DNA of 64,000 nucleotides from an uncultured Hyphomicrobiales bacterium. Its GTDB lineage: Bacteria > Pseudomonadota > Alphaproteobacteria > Rhodospirillales > CAYFNC01. Position numbers and translations under genes: made by a program. Of this stretch, positions 50,901 to 58,142 are shown piece after piece. Under the pieces are notes generated by a model that was not told where the DNA came from, did not search any database, and worked only from the letters and a program-made list of their open reading frames with translations. Where the stretch lies: contig CAYFNC010000005.1 of NCBI GenBank assembly GCA_964344345.1, positions 2,338 through 66,337 on the forward strand, in the 5' to 3' direction. Position 1 is the stretch's first letter. Each line of letters opens with the position of its first letter.

Positions 50901-51062
50901 ATCCGCGCCAACCCGGACCACGAAGGCCTACCGGTTCTGGCCATGTCGGCCAACGCCATGGACCACCAGCGCCAGGAAAGCCTGGACGCGGGCATGAACG
51001 ACCACATCGCCAAACCCATCGACGTCGACCAGGCGGTCGAGACCATGCGGAAATGGGTGTGA
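47916..51062 (+). CDS. Hybrid sensor histidine kinase/response regulator 2 (same architecture as kinase 1, different sensor)
   Basis: GTG start (uncertain). TM1 FALTGVGVALISGLAHHLYL and TM2 FMLAGVIAMISVIISLFA. HAMP, PAS and a transmitter identical to kinase 1. Confidence 0.9.
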   Translation: MREALEHNADANDVRKPTLFVRLLRWFALTGVGVALISGLAHHLYLNQVIFNATQERLAGTLKSMRLFFEESYSKHVSGDLSMMARAPSIGRLIVSGSEERFIARGDVERFFINITGNHKDEFYLKIGFHGRKGDLLAAVKGRKRTRRKGNILTLSDATSLQRESAKLFQDLKKAAPGAPVICSIVRNASGGDVLLAGIGVADPDVGGFGGAIIVEVALALYLDYLANTVPAEERTWGRGFGDGDLHGLSVKLSTGDGKAEMLRAGDVGDHADLPFWFEPMLPTQDLLAIDGPIGAGMNGAPLMQVALAMPRADYAVVIQGSVMRSFMLAGVIAMISVIISLFASRAIARPVAEISRASRDVAQGNLDARAVTKASGELGLLAENFNRMVGELQSQTEELQAQTESLSDAMWKSQQAKETAEESEKNLLELITESPIAIAIADYSGRNIFWNKEFEKLGHWVRTDDGHRDFRLSFERAEEEELLGHLMEGEGGFINVEFKLTAADDSDAWALISLQKIFFDRQPCSLIWVYDATERVLQERALAEARRAAEEASTAKSDFLANMSHEIRTPMNAITGMNHLLKKTKLDRQQRDYVEKAGNATHSLLSIINNILDLSKIEAGKVEMEAIDFKLSDVLRRLADVLGGVLSKKDIEFAIVSPLDIPDNLVGDPTRLGQILLNFANNAVKFTETGSVVVAVEDAGRGEDTVSLRFAIRDTGIGMTAEQRDKLFQPFTQADTSTTRKFGGTGLGLTISKQFVELMGGQVTVLSEPGEGSEFSFTVGFPLSAEVAEAAEGLEALRGKRALVVDEFETGREALVEALSAWGMMAAAAETRDDAEAALGAMPFDAVLMDWRTAGGKVFDGVPAFVLVSPHALEGDRDAIDALSPAGLLVKPVIPDVLLGSLLHGLELVDDRRGDGRDEGDAARLKDWKVLVVDDNEVNQEIARAILEAEGAMVVVAENGQDAVDAVDMRPGLFDVVLMDIQMPVMDGLEATRRIRANPDHEGLPVLAMSANAMDHQRQESLDAGMNDHIAKPIDVDQAVETMRKWV

Positions 51063-51063
51063 G
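49602..51063 (+). repeat. 1,462-bp perfect direct repeat, copy B (3' cassette of kinase 2)
   Basis: Identical to 45220-46681. The flanks differ after position +1 past the stop codon. Confidence 0.95.
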
Positions 51064-51192
51064 GCGAAGAGCAAGCGGGTCGCCGAAGCCGTCAAAGATG
51101 CCCTGAAGGATCGCGTTCTTCTCCCGGGAAAGCGAATGCGTCGCATCCGCATTTTGCGTTGACCGGAGCCGGAACCCGGCTATGATCGCTCC

Positions 51193-52209
51193 ATGCACAT
51201 CCATCACATGGACGACTGGCGGCACGATCACGTGTTCCACGACGCCGACGCGCTGCAGCGGGGCGAGCGGCGCACGTGGTGGGTGATCGGCCTCACCTTC
51301 GTTACCATGGTGGTGGAGATCGGGGCCGGGCTCGCCTTCAACTCCATGGCGCTTTTAGCCGACGGCTGGCACATGGCGAGCCACGCGGCGGCCCTGGGCA
51401 TCACCGTCTTCGCCTATTGGTTCGCGCGCCGCCACGCCCAGGACCGGCGCTTCACCTTCGGCGCCGGCAAGGTCGGGGTGCTGGGCGGGTTCACCAGCGC
51501 CGTGGTGCTGGCGATGGTGGCGCTGCTGATGGCCGCCGAATCGATCAACCGCCTTGTGAATCCGCTGCCCATCGCCTTCGACCAAGCCATGATGGTCGCG
51601 GTCGTCGGACTGGTGGTGAACCTGGCGAGCGCCAAGCTGCTCCACGGCGGCGGCGGCCACGCCCACCATGAAGACCATCACGACGACCACCACCATCACC
51701 ACAAAGAGCATCACCATGGGCGCCATCACGGCCATCATCATGGTCACGGCGGCCACCACGACCACAACCTGCGCGCCGCCTATCTGCACGTGCTGGCCGA
51801 CGCGTTGACCTCGGTCCTGGCCATCGTCGCGCTTCTGGCGGGCCGGACCTGGGGCTGGGTGTGGATGGACGCGGCCATGGGAATCGTCGGCGCCCTAGTG
51901 GTCGGCAAGTGGGCCGTGGGCCTGCTTGGCGACACCGGGAGCGTGCTGTTGGACGCGTCCGTGTCCGGCGAGCGCGAGGACCGGCTGCGCGAGGCCATCG
52001 AGGCCGACGCCGACAACCGGGTCTCGGACATTCATCTCTGGCATGTCGGGCCGAACCGGCTCGGCGCCATCGTGTCCGTGGTCACCCACCAGCCTCGGCC
52101 GGTGGACCATTACCGCGCTCTTCTCGCCCACCAGAAGGACCTGGCGCACCTGACCGTCGAGGTCCACGCCTGCCCCGGCGAGACCTGCATTCATCCCGAA
52201 ACCGGCTGA
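51193..52209 (+). CDS. dmeF: Cation diffusion facilitator transporter, DmeF-like (Co/Ni/Zn efflux) with His-rich loop
   Basis: HDHVF...ERRTWWVIGLTFVTMVVEIGAGLAFNSMALLADGWHMASH...FTFGAGKV pattern. Cytoplasmic loop HGGGGHAHHEDHHDDHHHHHKEHHHGRHHGHHHGHGGHHDH. Confidence 0.8.
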   Translation: MHIHHMDDWRHDHVFHDADALQRGERRTWWVIGLTFVTMVVEIGAGLAFNSMALLADGWHMASHAAALGITVFAYWFARRHAQDRRFTFGAGKVGVLGGFTSAVVLAMVALLMAAESINRLVNPLPIAFDQAMMVAVVGLVVNLASAKLLHGGGGHAHHEDHHDDHHHHHKEHHHGRHHGHHHGHGGHHDHNLRAAYLHVLADALTSVLAIVALLAGRTWGWVWMDAAMGIVGALVVGKWAVGLLGDTGSVLLDASVSGEREDRLREAIEADADNRVSDIHLWHVGPNRLGAIVSVVTHQPRPVDHYRALLAHQKDLAHLTVEVHACPGETCIHPETG

Positions 52210-52267
52210 CCCTTGGCGCCGCCGTGCCTATCGTGGTAGCGTGCGCGGCTTCTGGCGGGGAGCGATC

Positions 52268-52555
52268 ATGACCGACACGGAAAACCAAGATCAGAGCGGC
52301 GAGGACAACGGCGCGCCCGTCCTTTCCGAGGACGAGCAAAAAGAAGTCGCCATCGAATGGTTCTTCGCCATGTGGGACGAAGCCATGAAACGCGGCGTCG
52401 ATCCGGAGAAGATGGCCATCGTCAGCCTGTCCGGCACCTTGAACAAGTTCGTCGCCATGTACGGCGAGGAAGGGGCCTCAGCCCTGGTGGAGCAAATCCC
52501 CGAACGCATCATGGCCGGGCACTTCACGCCCAAGGGCGACCAGGAATCCCACTGA
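52268..52555 (+). CDS. Hypothetical acidic protein (95 aa)
   Basis: ATG 52268. Coding-like composition. No recognisable motif. Confidence 0.45.
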   Translation: MTDTENQDQSGEDNGAPVLSEDEQKEVAIEWFFAMWDEAMKRGVDPEKMAIVSLSGTLNKFVAMYGEEGASALVEQIPERIMAGHFTPKGDQESH

Positions 52556-52657
52556 CTTTACCGATATCGTCAACCCCTTCTTAACCCCCTCTGCTTCATC
52601 ATCGTTCGTCCGCTCGCGGGGGGAAGCGCAGGCGGATGGAAGAGGGGAGAACTTGAC

Positions 52658-52972
52658 GTGAAAAGCGTTCTTTGCGAAATGCGCCTGAGGGCCCGCCACG
52701 TGGTCGGGCCGGTGCTGGCGGTCTTCGCCGTGGTCTATTTCGCCTACCACCTGGTGCACGGGGAGCGCGGGCTCCTCGCCTGGTGGGAGCTGAACAAGCA
52801 GGTCTCCGAGGCCAAGCTGGAATTGAGCCAAGTCTCCGAGCAACGCCAATCCTTGGAAAAGCGGGTCCGCCACCTGAACCCGGGAACCCTCGACCCCGAC
52901 CTGTTGGAGGAGCGGGCGCGGCTGATGCTGAACTACGGCCGCGAGACCGACATGGTGATCTTCATCCGATAG
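52658..52972 (+). CDS. ftsB: Septum formation initiator family protein (FtsB/DivIC-like)
   Basis: A single TM ([19 protein letters not shown]) is followed by coiled coil [35 protein letters not shown] and [21 protein letters not shown]. Confidence 0.7.
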   Translation: MKSVLCEMRLRARHVVGPVLAVFAVVYFAYHLVHGERGLLAWWELNKQVSEAKLELSQVSEQRQSLEKRVRHLNPGTLDPDLLEERARLMLNYGRETDMVIFIR

Positions 52973-53033
52973 GGGGCGGAACTCCCCTTATTCAAGCAGC
53001 GTCTTGATCCTAGTCTCGCTCCGGTCCATATCA

Positions 53034-53948
53034 ATGGACATGGAGACCGAAGTCCGAACCGCCGAAAAGCCCATCAGAAAACCCGCATGGATCCGGGTCA
53101 AGGCGCCGACGTCGCCCGAATACGGCGACACGCTCCGCCTGATGCGGCGCAACCGCCTGCACACGGTGTGCGAGGAGGCGGCGTGCCCCAACATCGGCGA
53201 GTGCTGGTCCAAGCGCCACGCCACCGTGATGATCCTGGGCGACATCTGCACCCGGGGCTGCGCGTTCTGCAACGTGGCCACGGGCAGGCCCCGCGCCGTG
53301 GACCCGCTGGAGCCGGACAACCTGGCGCTCGCCGTCGCCGAGATGAAGCTGGCCCACGTGGTGGTGACCTCCGTCGACCGCGACGACCTGGACGACGGGG
53401 GGGCGGGGCAGTTCGCCCGTTGCATCGAAAACATCCGCGCGGCCTCGCCGGAGACCACCATCGAGGTGCTGATCCCCGATTTCCTCGACAAGCCCGGCGC
53501 GCTCGAGACCGTGGTCGAGGCCGGGCCCGACGTCCTGAACCACAATCTGGAGACCGCGCCGAGACTGTACCGGACCATCCGGCCCGGCGCCCGGTACTTC
53601 CATTCGCTCAAGGTGCTGGACCGGGCCAAGGCGCTGAACTCCGGTTTGTTCACCAAGTCGGGAATCATGGTCGGGCTCGGCGAGGACAAGGCCGAGGTGG
53701 TTCAGGTCATGGACGATCTGCGCTCGGCCGACGTGGACTTCATGACCATCGGCCAGTACCTGCAGCCGACGCCCAAGCACGCCCCGGTCGCGCGCTATGT
53801 CGAACCCGACGAATTCGAGGAATACAAGCGGGTGGGCGAGGCCAAGGGGTTCCTTCTGGTCGCCTCCTCGCCCTTCACCCGGTCGTCCTATCACGCGGAC
53901 CGGGATTTCGAAAAATTGCGCGCCGCGCGAAGGAGCCTCGGGGTATAA
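53034..53948 (+). CDS. lipA: Lipoyl synthase
   Basis: [13 protein letters not shown] and radical-SAM [10 protein letters not shown] motifs. 304 aa from MDMETEV. Confidence 0.95.
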   Translation: MDMETEVRTAEKPIRKPAWIRVKAPTSPEYGDTLRLMRRNRLHTVCEEAACPNIGECWSKRHATVMILGDICTRGCAFCNVATGRPRAVDPLEPDNLALAVAEMKLAHVVVTSVDRDDLDDGGAGQFARCIENIRAASPETTIEVLIPDFLDKPGALETVVEAGPDVLNHNLETAPRLYRTIRPGARYFHSLKVLDRAKALNSGLFTKSGIMVGLGEDKAEVVQVMDDLRSADVDFMTIGQYLQPTPKHAPVARYVEPDEFEEYKRVGEAKGFLLVASSPFTRSSYHADRDFEKLRAARRSLGV

Positions 53949-53955
53949 TCCCCCC

Positions 53956-54393
53956 ATGCCCGTCCACACCGAAAAACGCCCCATGCCGCATGCGCCGGAG
54001 CAGATGTTCGATCTGGTGGCCGACGTCGCGCGCTATCCCGAGTTCCTGCCCTGGTGCGCGGCGACCCGGATCAAGTCGCGGGGCGACGACTGGTTCGTCG
54101 CCGACATGGTGATCGGGTTCAAGGCGTTCCGCGAGAGGTTCACGTCGCATGTCTATCTGGTCCCGTCGGAACGCATCGAGGTCGCCTACAGGGACGGCCC
54201 GTTCAAGTACCTGACCAACCACTGGATCTTCGAGCCCGGCCCCGACGGAACCTGCGTGGTGGACTTCCACGTGGATTTCGAGTTCCGATCCAAGGTGCTG
54301 CAAAAGGCCATCGGCGTCGTTTTCGGCGAGGCGGTGAACAAGATGGTCGGCGCGTTCGAGAAGCGGGCGGCGAAGCTTTACGACGGACGCTGA
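53956..54393 (+). CDS. SRPBCC-family protein (RatA / COQ10-like polyketide-cyclase fold)
   Basis: MFDLVADVARYPEFLPWCAATRI...YLTNHWIFEP pattern. Typical position downstream of lipA. Confidence 0.85.
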   Translation: MPVHTEKRPMPHAPEQMFDLVADVARYPEFLPWCAATRIKSRGDDWFVADMVIGFKAFRERFTSHVYLVPSERIEVAYRDGPFKYLTNHWIFEPGPDGTCVVDFHVDFEFRSKVLQKAIGVVFGEAVNKMVGAFEKRAAKLYDGR

Positions 54394-54411
54394 GCGACGA
54401 CCATTACGTCT

Positions 54412-54912
54412 TCAAGACCCTTGATCGAGAGCGAGGGCCAGCAGCATCCGCAGAGCCGTTTCCACGGCCCGCTCCCTGACGAATTCCCGATCGCCTCCGT
54501 ATCGATGGCGTTCGTGGCGCGTTTCGCCGCCTTTGAGCGCCGTCGCGAAATGCACCAGCCCGACGGGCTTTTCCGCCGTCCCGCCGCCGGGTCCGGCGAT
54601 TCCGGTGATGGCGACGGCGAGGGCGGCGTTGGAGTTTCCGATCGCGCCCTCGGCCATGGCCCGGGCGACGTCTTCGCTGACCGCTCCCTTGGTCTCGAAC
54701 AGGTCCGGGGCGACGCCCAGCATGTCGGTCTTGGCTTCGTTCGTATAGGTCACGAAGGCCCGGTCCACCACGCTGGACGATCCCGCGACGGCGGTCAGGC
54801 GCCCCGAAACCAGGCCGCCGGTGCACGATTCCGCCGTGGCGATCAAAAGCCCCCTGGCGCGGCATGCGGCGAGGACCTGGGCGGCGAGGCGGCGTTGCTT
54901 GCTAGAGTACAT
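54412..54912 (-). CDS. CinA-family protein (PncC-like nicotinamide-nucleotide amidohydrolase domain)
   Basis: ATG at 54912 (MYSSKQRRLAAQVL). LIATAESCTGGLVSGRLT and ALAVAITGIAGPGGG motifs. Confidence 0.85.
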   Translation of the reverse strand: MYSSKQRRLAAQVLAACRARGLLIATAESCTGGLVSGRLTAVAGSSSVVDRAFVTYTNEAKTDMLGVAPDLFETKGAVSEDVARAMAEGAIGNSNAALAVAITGIAGPGGGTAEKPVGLVHFATALKGGETRHERHRYGGDREFVRERAVETALRMLLALALDQGS

Positions 54913-54914
54913 GG

Positions 54915-55394
54915 CTAGACCACCCCGAAATGAACCAGCGCGGCCAACGCGGCCAGCCCGTATAGCCCCGCGACCACGTCGTCGATCATGATCCCCCAGC
55001 CGCCGGGAAACGTCCGCTCGGCCCACGAGACCGGCCAGGGCTTCCAAATGTCGAACAGCCGGAACAGGACGAACCCGACGCCGTAAAGCAATACATCCGG
55101 AGGAACCGCCAACAGGGTCAGCCATTGGCCCGCGACCTCGTCCACCACCACCAGGCCTGGGTCCTCGCGCCCCAGCCGCCGCGCCACCCGGTCCGACGCC
55201 CACACCCCAAGGGCGAAGACGGCGACGGCGCCCGCCAACAGGCCCCAGCTTCCCCAAACCGTCGCGATTCCCCACGCGAACGGAAGCGCCGCCAGGGACC
55301 CCCAGGTCCCGGGCGCCTTGGGCAAAAGCCCCGATCCGAACCAGGTCGCGAGAAGCGCGTCGGGCTCGGTCAATCGCACGTTCGTCTCGGACAT
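54915..55394 (-). CDS. pgpA: Phosphatidylglycerophosphatase A
   Basis: LLATWFGSGLLPKAPGTWGSLAALPF and MIDDVVAG motifs. 159 aa. Confidence 0.9.
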   Translation of the reverse strand: MSETNVRLTEPDALLATWFGSGLLPKAPGTWGSLAALPFAWGIATVWGSWGLLAGAVAVFALGVWASDRVARRLGREDPGLVVVDEVAGQWLTLLAVPPDVLLYGVGFVLFRLFDIWKPWPVSWAERTFPGGWGIMIDDVVAGLYGLAALAALVHFGVV

Positions 55395-55659
55395 CGCGAG
55401 CCATCATCGCCGAAAAGCGGCGGCGAACAAGGCCCGATTAATCGTTTTGAAAGGATGGAAATGATAAAACGCCATGGAATCCGGGGGGATTCGCCGAATT
55501 CGACGCTTGCATGGACGAGCGTTTGTGAATACCGTCAAGGGGTGAGGCCCCATCGGGCCTGTATCCGGTTTTTTCCCAAGGCCCCAAAGGGAAGGGGATA
55601 GGACCAAGGGAAAGGGCGGTCAGGGGGACCCCCAGCAAAAACGACCCGAGGGGTAACGC

Positions 55660-57009
55660 ATGGAACGGGCTGACTTTTTGCGGGACTGGTACGCCGCCGC
55701 CCGGGATTTGATCGAGCGCCTTTTTCCCGAACGCCAGCTGGTTTTCCGCACCGAGGGACGGGTGAACTTCTTCCGTCTCGGCAGCGGAGCCCAATTCGGC
55801 GCGGCCGCGCTCGCGGCGCTTGCGCTCTGCTGGACCGCGTTTTCCAGCTACAGCTACATCTTCCACAGCCGGATCGTGGCGGAAAAGAACGCGGAGATCT
55901 TCAACCACCGCCTCGCCTATTCGAGCCTGTTGAAGCAGGTGTCCGACTACCAGCGCTCCTTCACCGAGCTGTCCATCAAGCTCGACGACAGCCGCAACGC
56001 CATGCTGGAGCTGGTGGAGCGCAACGCCGCCCTGCAGCAGAACCTGAAGACCGTCGAGAGCCAGCTGCGCCACACCGAGGACGAACGCGCGCGCATCGTT
56101 TCGGTCCGCGAGGACCTGCAGGGCAAGCTGAACAACATCCAGTCCAGCATGCGCGAAATGGCCGGCCGCAACTTCGAGCTTCGCGACGACCTGGAAACCG
56201 TGGAGTCCGACCTGCAGTCCGTGGCCCAGGAGCGCAACCAGGCCCTGTTCGAAAGCGCCCGCATGCGCCGCAAGATCAAGGGGCTTGAGACCCGCCTCTC
56301 CGAGCTCGAGGAAACCGAGACCGAAGCCGTCAACCGCCTGGCCGAAAGCGCCGGAGGCGCCATCGAGGACATGGAGCGGGTGATCGAGCTGACCGGACTG
56401 GATCCGGACGCCCTCGCCAAGGCCGCCGGCGGCGCCAAGGGCCAGGGCGGTCCGTTCTTCGCCGCCAAGAAAAACGGCGCGCCCGCGAGCCGTCTCCAAG
56501 GCGACCTGATCGGCCTCGATTCAAGGCTGCGCCGCTGGGAGACGCTCCAGGACGCCATCATCCGCGTGCCCCTGGCCGTGCCGCTCGACGGCTACTACGT
56601 CACCAGCAGCTACGGCAAGCGCCGCGATCCGGTGAACCGGAAATGGGCCATGCACTACGGCCTGGACCTCGGCGGCACGCTGAAGTCCCCGGTCCGCGTC
56701 ACCGCGCCCGGCGTGGTCACCCACGCGGGCTGGAAGGGCAAGTACGGCAAGCTGGTCGAGATCGACCACGGCGCCGGAATCAAGACCCGCTACGGGCATT
56801 TGCACAAAGTGCTCGTAAAAAAGGGACAGAAAGTTTCGTTTCGTGATAAGATCGGGCTCCTTGGGAATACGGGACGCAGCACCGGGGCCCACCTTCATTA
56901 CGAAGTGGTCTTCAAGGGAAAAACGCGCGACCCGATGAAGTTCATCAAAGCGGGAAGGTATGTTTTCCAAGAAAAAGAAACAGCCCGGAAAGTCTCTGGT
57001 CGCCGGTAG
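55660..57009 (+). CDS. M23/LytM-family metallopeptidase with N-terminal anchor and long coiled coil (LmdC/EnvC-like)
   Basis: TM AAALAALALCWTAFSSYSYIF, ~220 aa of coiled coil, then M23 catalytic motifs HYGLD (HxxxD) and GAHLHYEV (HxH). Confidence 0.85.
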   Translation: MERADFLRDWYAAARDLIERLFPERQLVFRTEGRVNFFRLGSGAQFGAAALAALALCWTAFSSYSYIFHSRIVAEKNAEIFNHRLAYSSLLKQVSDYQRSFTELSIKLDDSRNAMLELVERNAALQQNLKTVESQLRHTEDERARIVSVREDLQGKLNNIQSSMREMAGRNFELRDDLETVESDLQSVAQERNQALFESARMRRKIKGLETRLSELEETETEAVNRLAESAGGAIEDMERVIELTGLDPDALAKAAGGAKGQGGPFFAAKKNGAPASRLQGDLIGLDSRLRRWETLQDAIIRVPLAVPLDGYYVTSSYGKRRDPVNRKWAMHYGLDLGGTLKSPVRVTAPGVVTHAGWKGKYGKLVEIDHGAGIKTRYGHLHKVLVKKGQKVSFRDKIGLLGNTGRSTGAHLHYEVVFKGKTRDPMKFIKAGRYVFQEKETARKVSGRR

Positions 57010-57439
57010 CGCGGGACAAAGCAGCGCCGCGCCCTCGCTGATCAGCGCCGACCTTCGCATGGTCGGGGATCTCTACTGCGAGGGCGAGATCCAGGTGGAC
57101 GGAACCATCGACGGCGACATCCGCAGCCACATCCTGCTGGTGGGCCAGACCGCCGTGGTCAAGGGCGAGATCGTCGCCGACGACGTTCGCATCCACGGCT
57201 CCGTCAACGGCCAGATCAAGGGCAAGAACGTCAGCCTCGCCCGCACCGCCCACGTGGTCGGCGACATCCTGCACGAGAACCTCTCCATCGAGAACGGGGC
57301 CTACCTGGAAGGCCACTGCAAGCGGATGGAGGAGCACGTGGACGAAGCCGCCTCCCAGGCCCCGATCAACCTGCTGATCGAGGACGGAACCGAGGACGAG
57401 CCCCTCGACGACGCCGCCCAGGCGCAGTTGGCCGGGTAG
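56960..57439 (+). CDS. Bactofilin (polymer-forming cytoskeletal protein)
   Basis: N-terminal MFSKKKK membrane-targeting-type motif and a beta-helical DUF583 core (GDLYCEGEIQVDGTIDGDIRS...VKGEIVADDVRIHGSVNGQIKGKNVSL). Overlaps the M23 gene by 50 nt. Confidence 0.9.
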   Translation: MFSKKKKQPGKSLVAGSAGQSSAAPSLISADLRMVGDLYCEGEIQVDGTIDGDIRSHILLVGQTAVVKGEIVADDVRIHGSVNGQIKGKNVSLARTAHVVGDILHENLSIENGAYLEGHCKRMEEHVDEAASQAPINLLIEDGTEDEPLDDAAQAQLAG

Positions 57440-57474
57440 CCCCCCTCCGCAATTCCGGACATCGAGCCAAATTC

Positions 57475-57785
57475 GTCGTCATCCCGCGCGGGCTAGAGCG
57501 TATCGGGACTAATGGGATTCACTCTTTCATTCGTCATGGCTGGGCTCGAACCACTGCTGTCCGGTTAAGCCCACATGATCCGCGGTAATAGAAAACACAC
57601 CATCGGAAACATTGAAAAGATGTCATGCGCGGGCTTGACCCGCGTATCCACGCTTTCGGTTCCGCGCAAGAGTTTCGTGGATGCCCGCGTCAAGCGCGGG
57701 CATGACGGTGTGTGATTGATTATCGTGGCTTAATGTTCAGCCGATTTTTCTTAACCGGACAGCCGTGGGCTCGACCCGGCCATCC
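57475..57785. repeat. Cluster of about 5 REP-like hairpin elements (family GGGTCAAGCCCGGCCATGACG) in both orientations
   Basis: Copies near 57475-94, 57531-52, 57621-44 (reverse) and 57684-708, 57765-85 (forward). Each is stem-TCAAG/CTTGA-stem followed by CATGAC. Confidence 0.6.
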
Positions 57786-58142
57786 ACCCTTGGAAAACGG
57801 CGGCCCTTTCCCCCCGCCGCGCCAACAAGCGGTTTTGTGACGACGGTCACGGACCGGCGGGCGGGTTTGGGGCATGGTGGGTCTCGACAGCCAAAGACAA
57901 CCGGCTCCCTCCAAGCCCCGCGCCGCCCCTCCCCCTCCCTCCCCCTCGAAACGGCGCGGGGCTTCCCCTTTCCGGGTTCCGCCTGACTGCGGGAACGCCG
58001 CCGCCCTCGGAGGCCTCGAGGGCGAGCGGGAAGCGGGCTTTTTCCACGCAATTCTTGGCGAGATGTTTCTAGCGTCCGGGGATCGTGTCCCGGGCGCGCG
58101 TCTTATGGTATTCTCGGCGAGCGCAATAAACGGGACGGACGC

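Noticed and set aside
54412-55407. 331-aa ORF treated as one gene
   Set aside because: Only the C-terminal 166 aa (from MYSSKQ, 54912) are CinA-like. The upstream part overlaps the genuine pgpA frame.
57531-57560. tRNA-like T-arm word (reverse complement GGTTCGAGCCC)
   Set aside because: No acceptor, anticodon or D-arm can be folded around it. It is a variant of the local REP-family element (GGTTCGAGCCCAGCCATGACG vs GGGTCAAGCCCGGCCATGACG).
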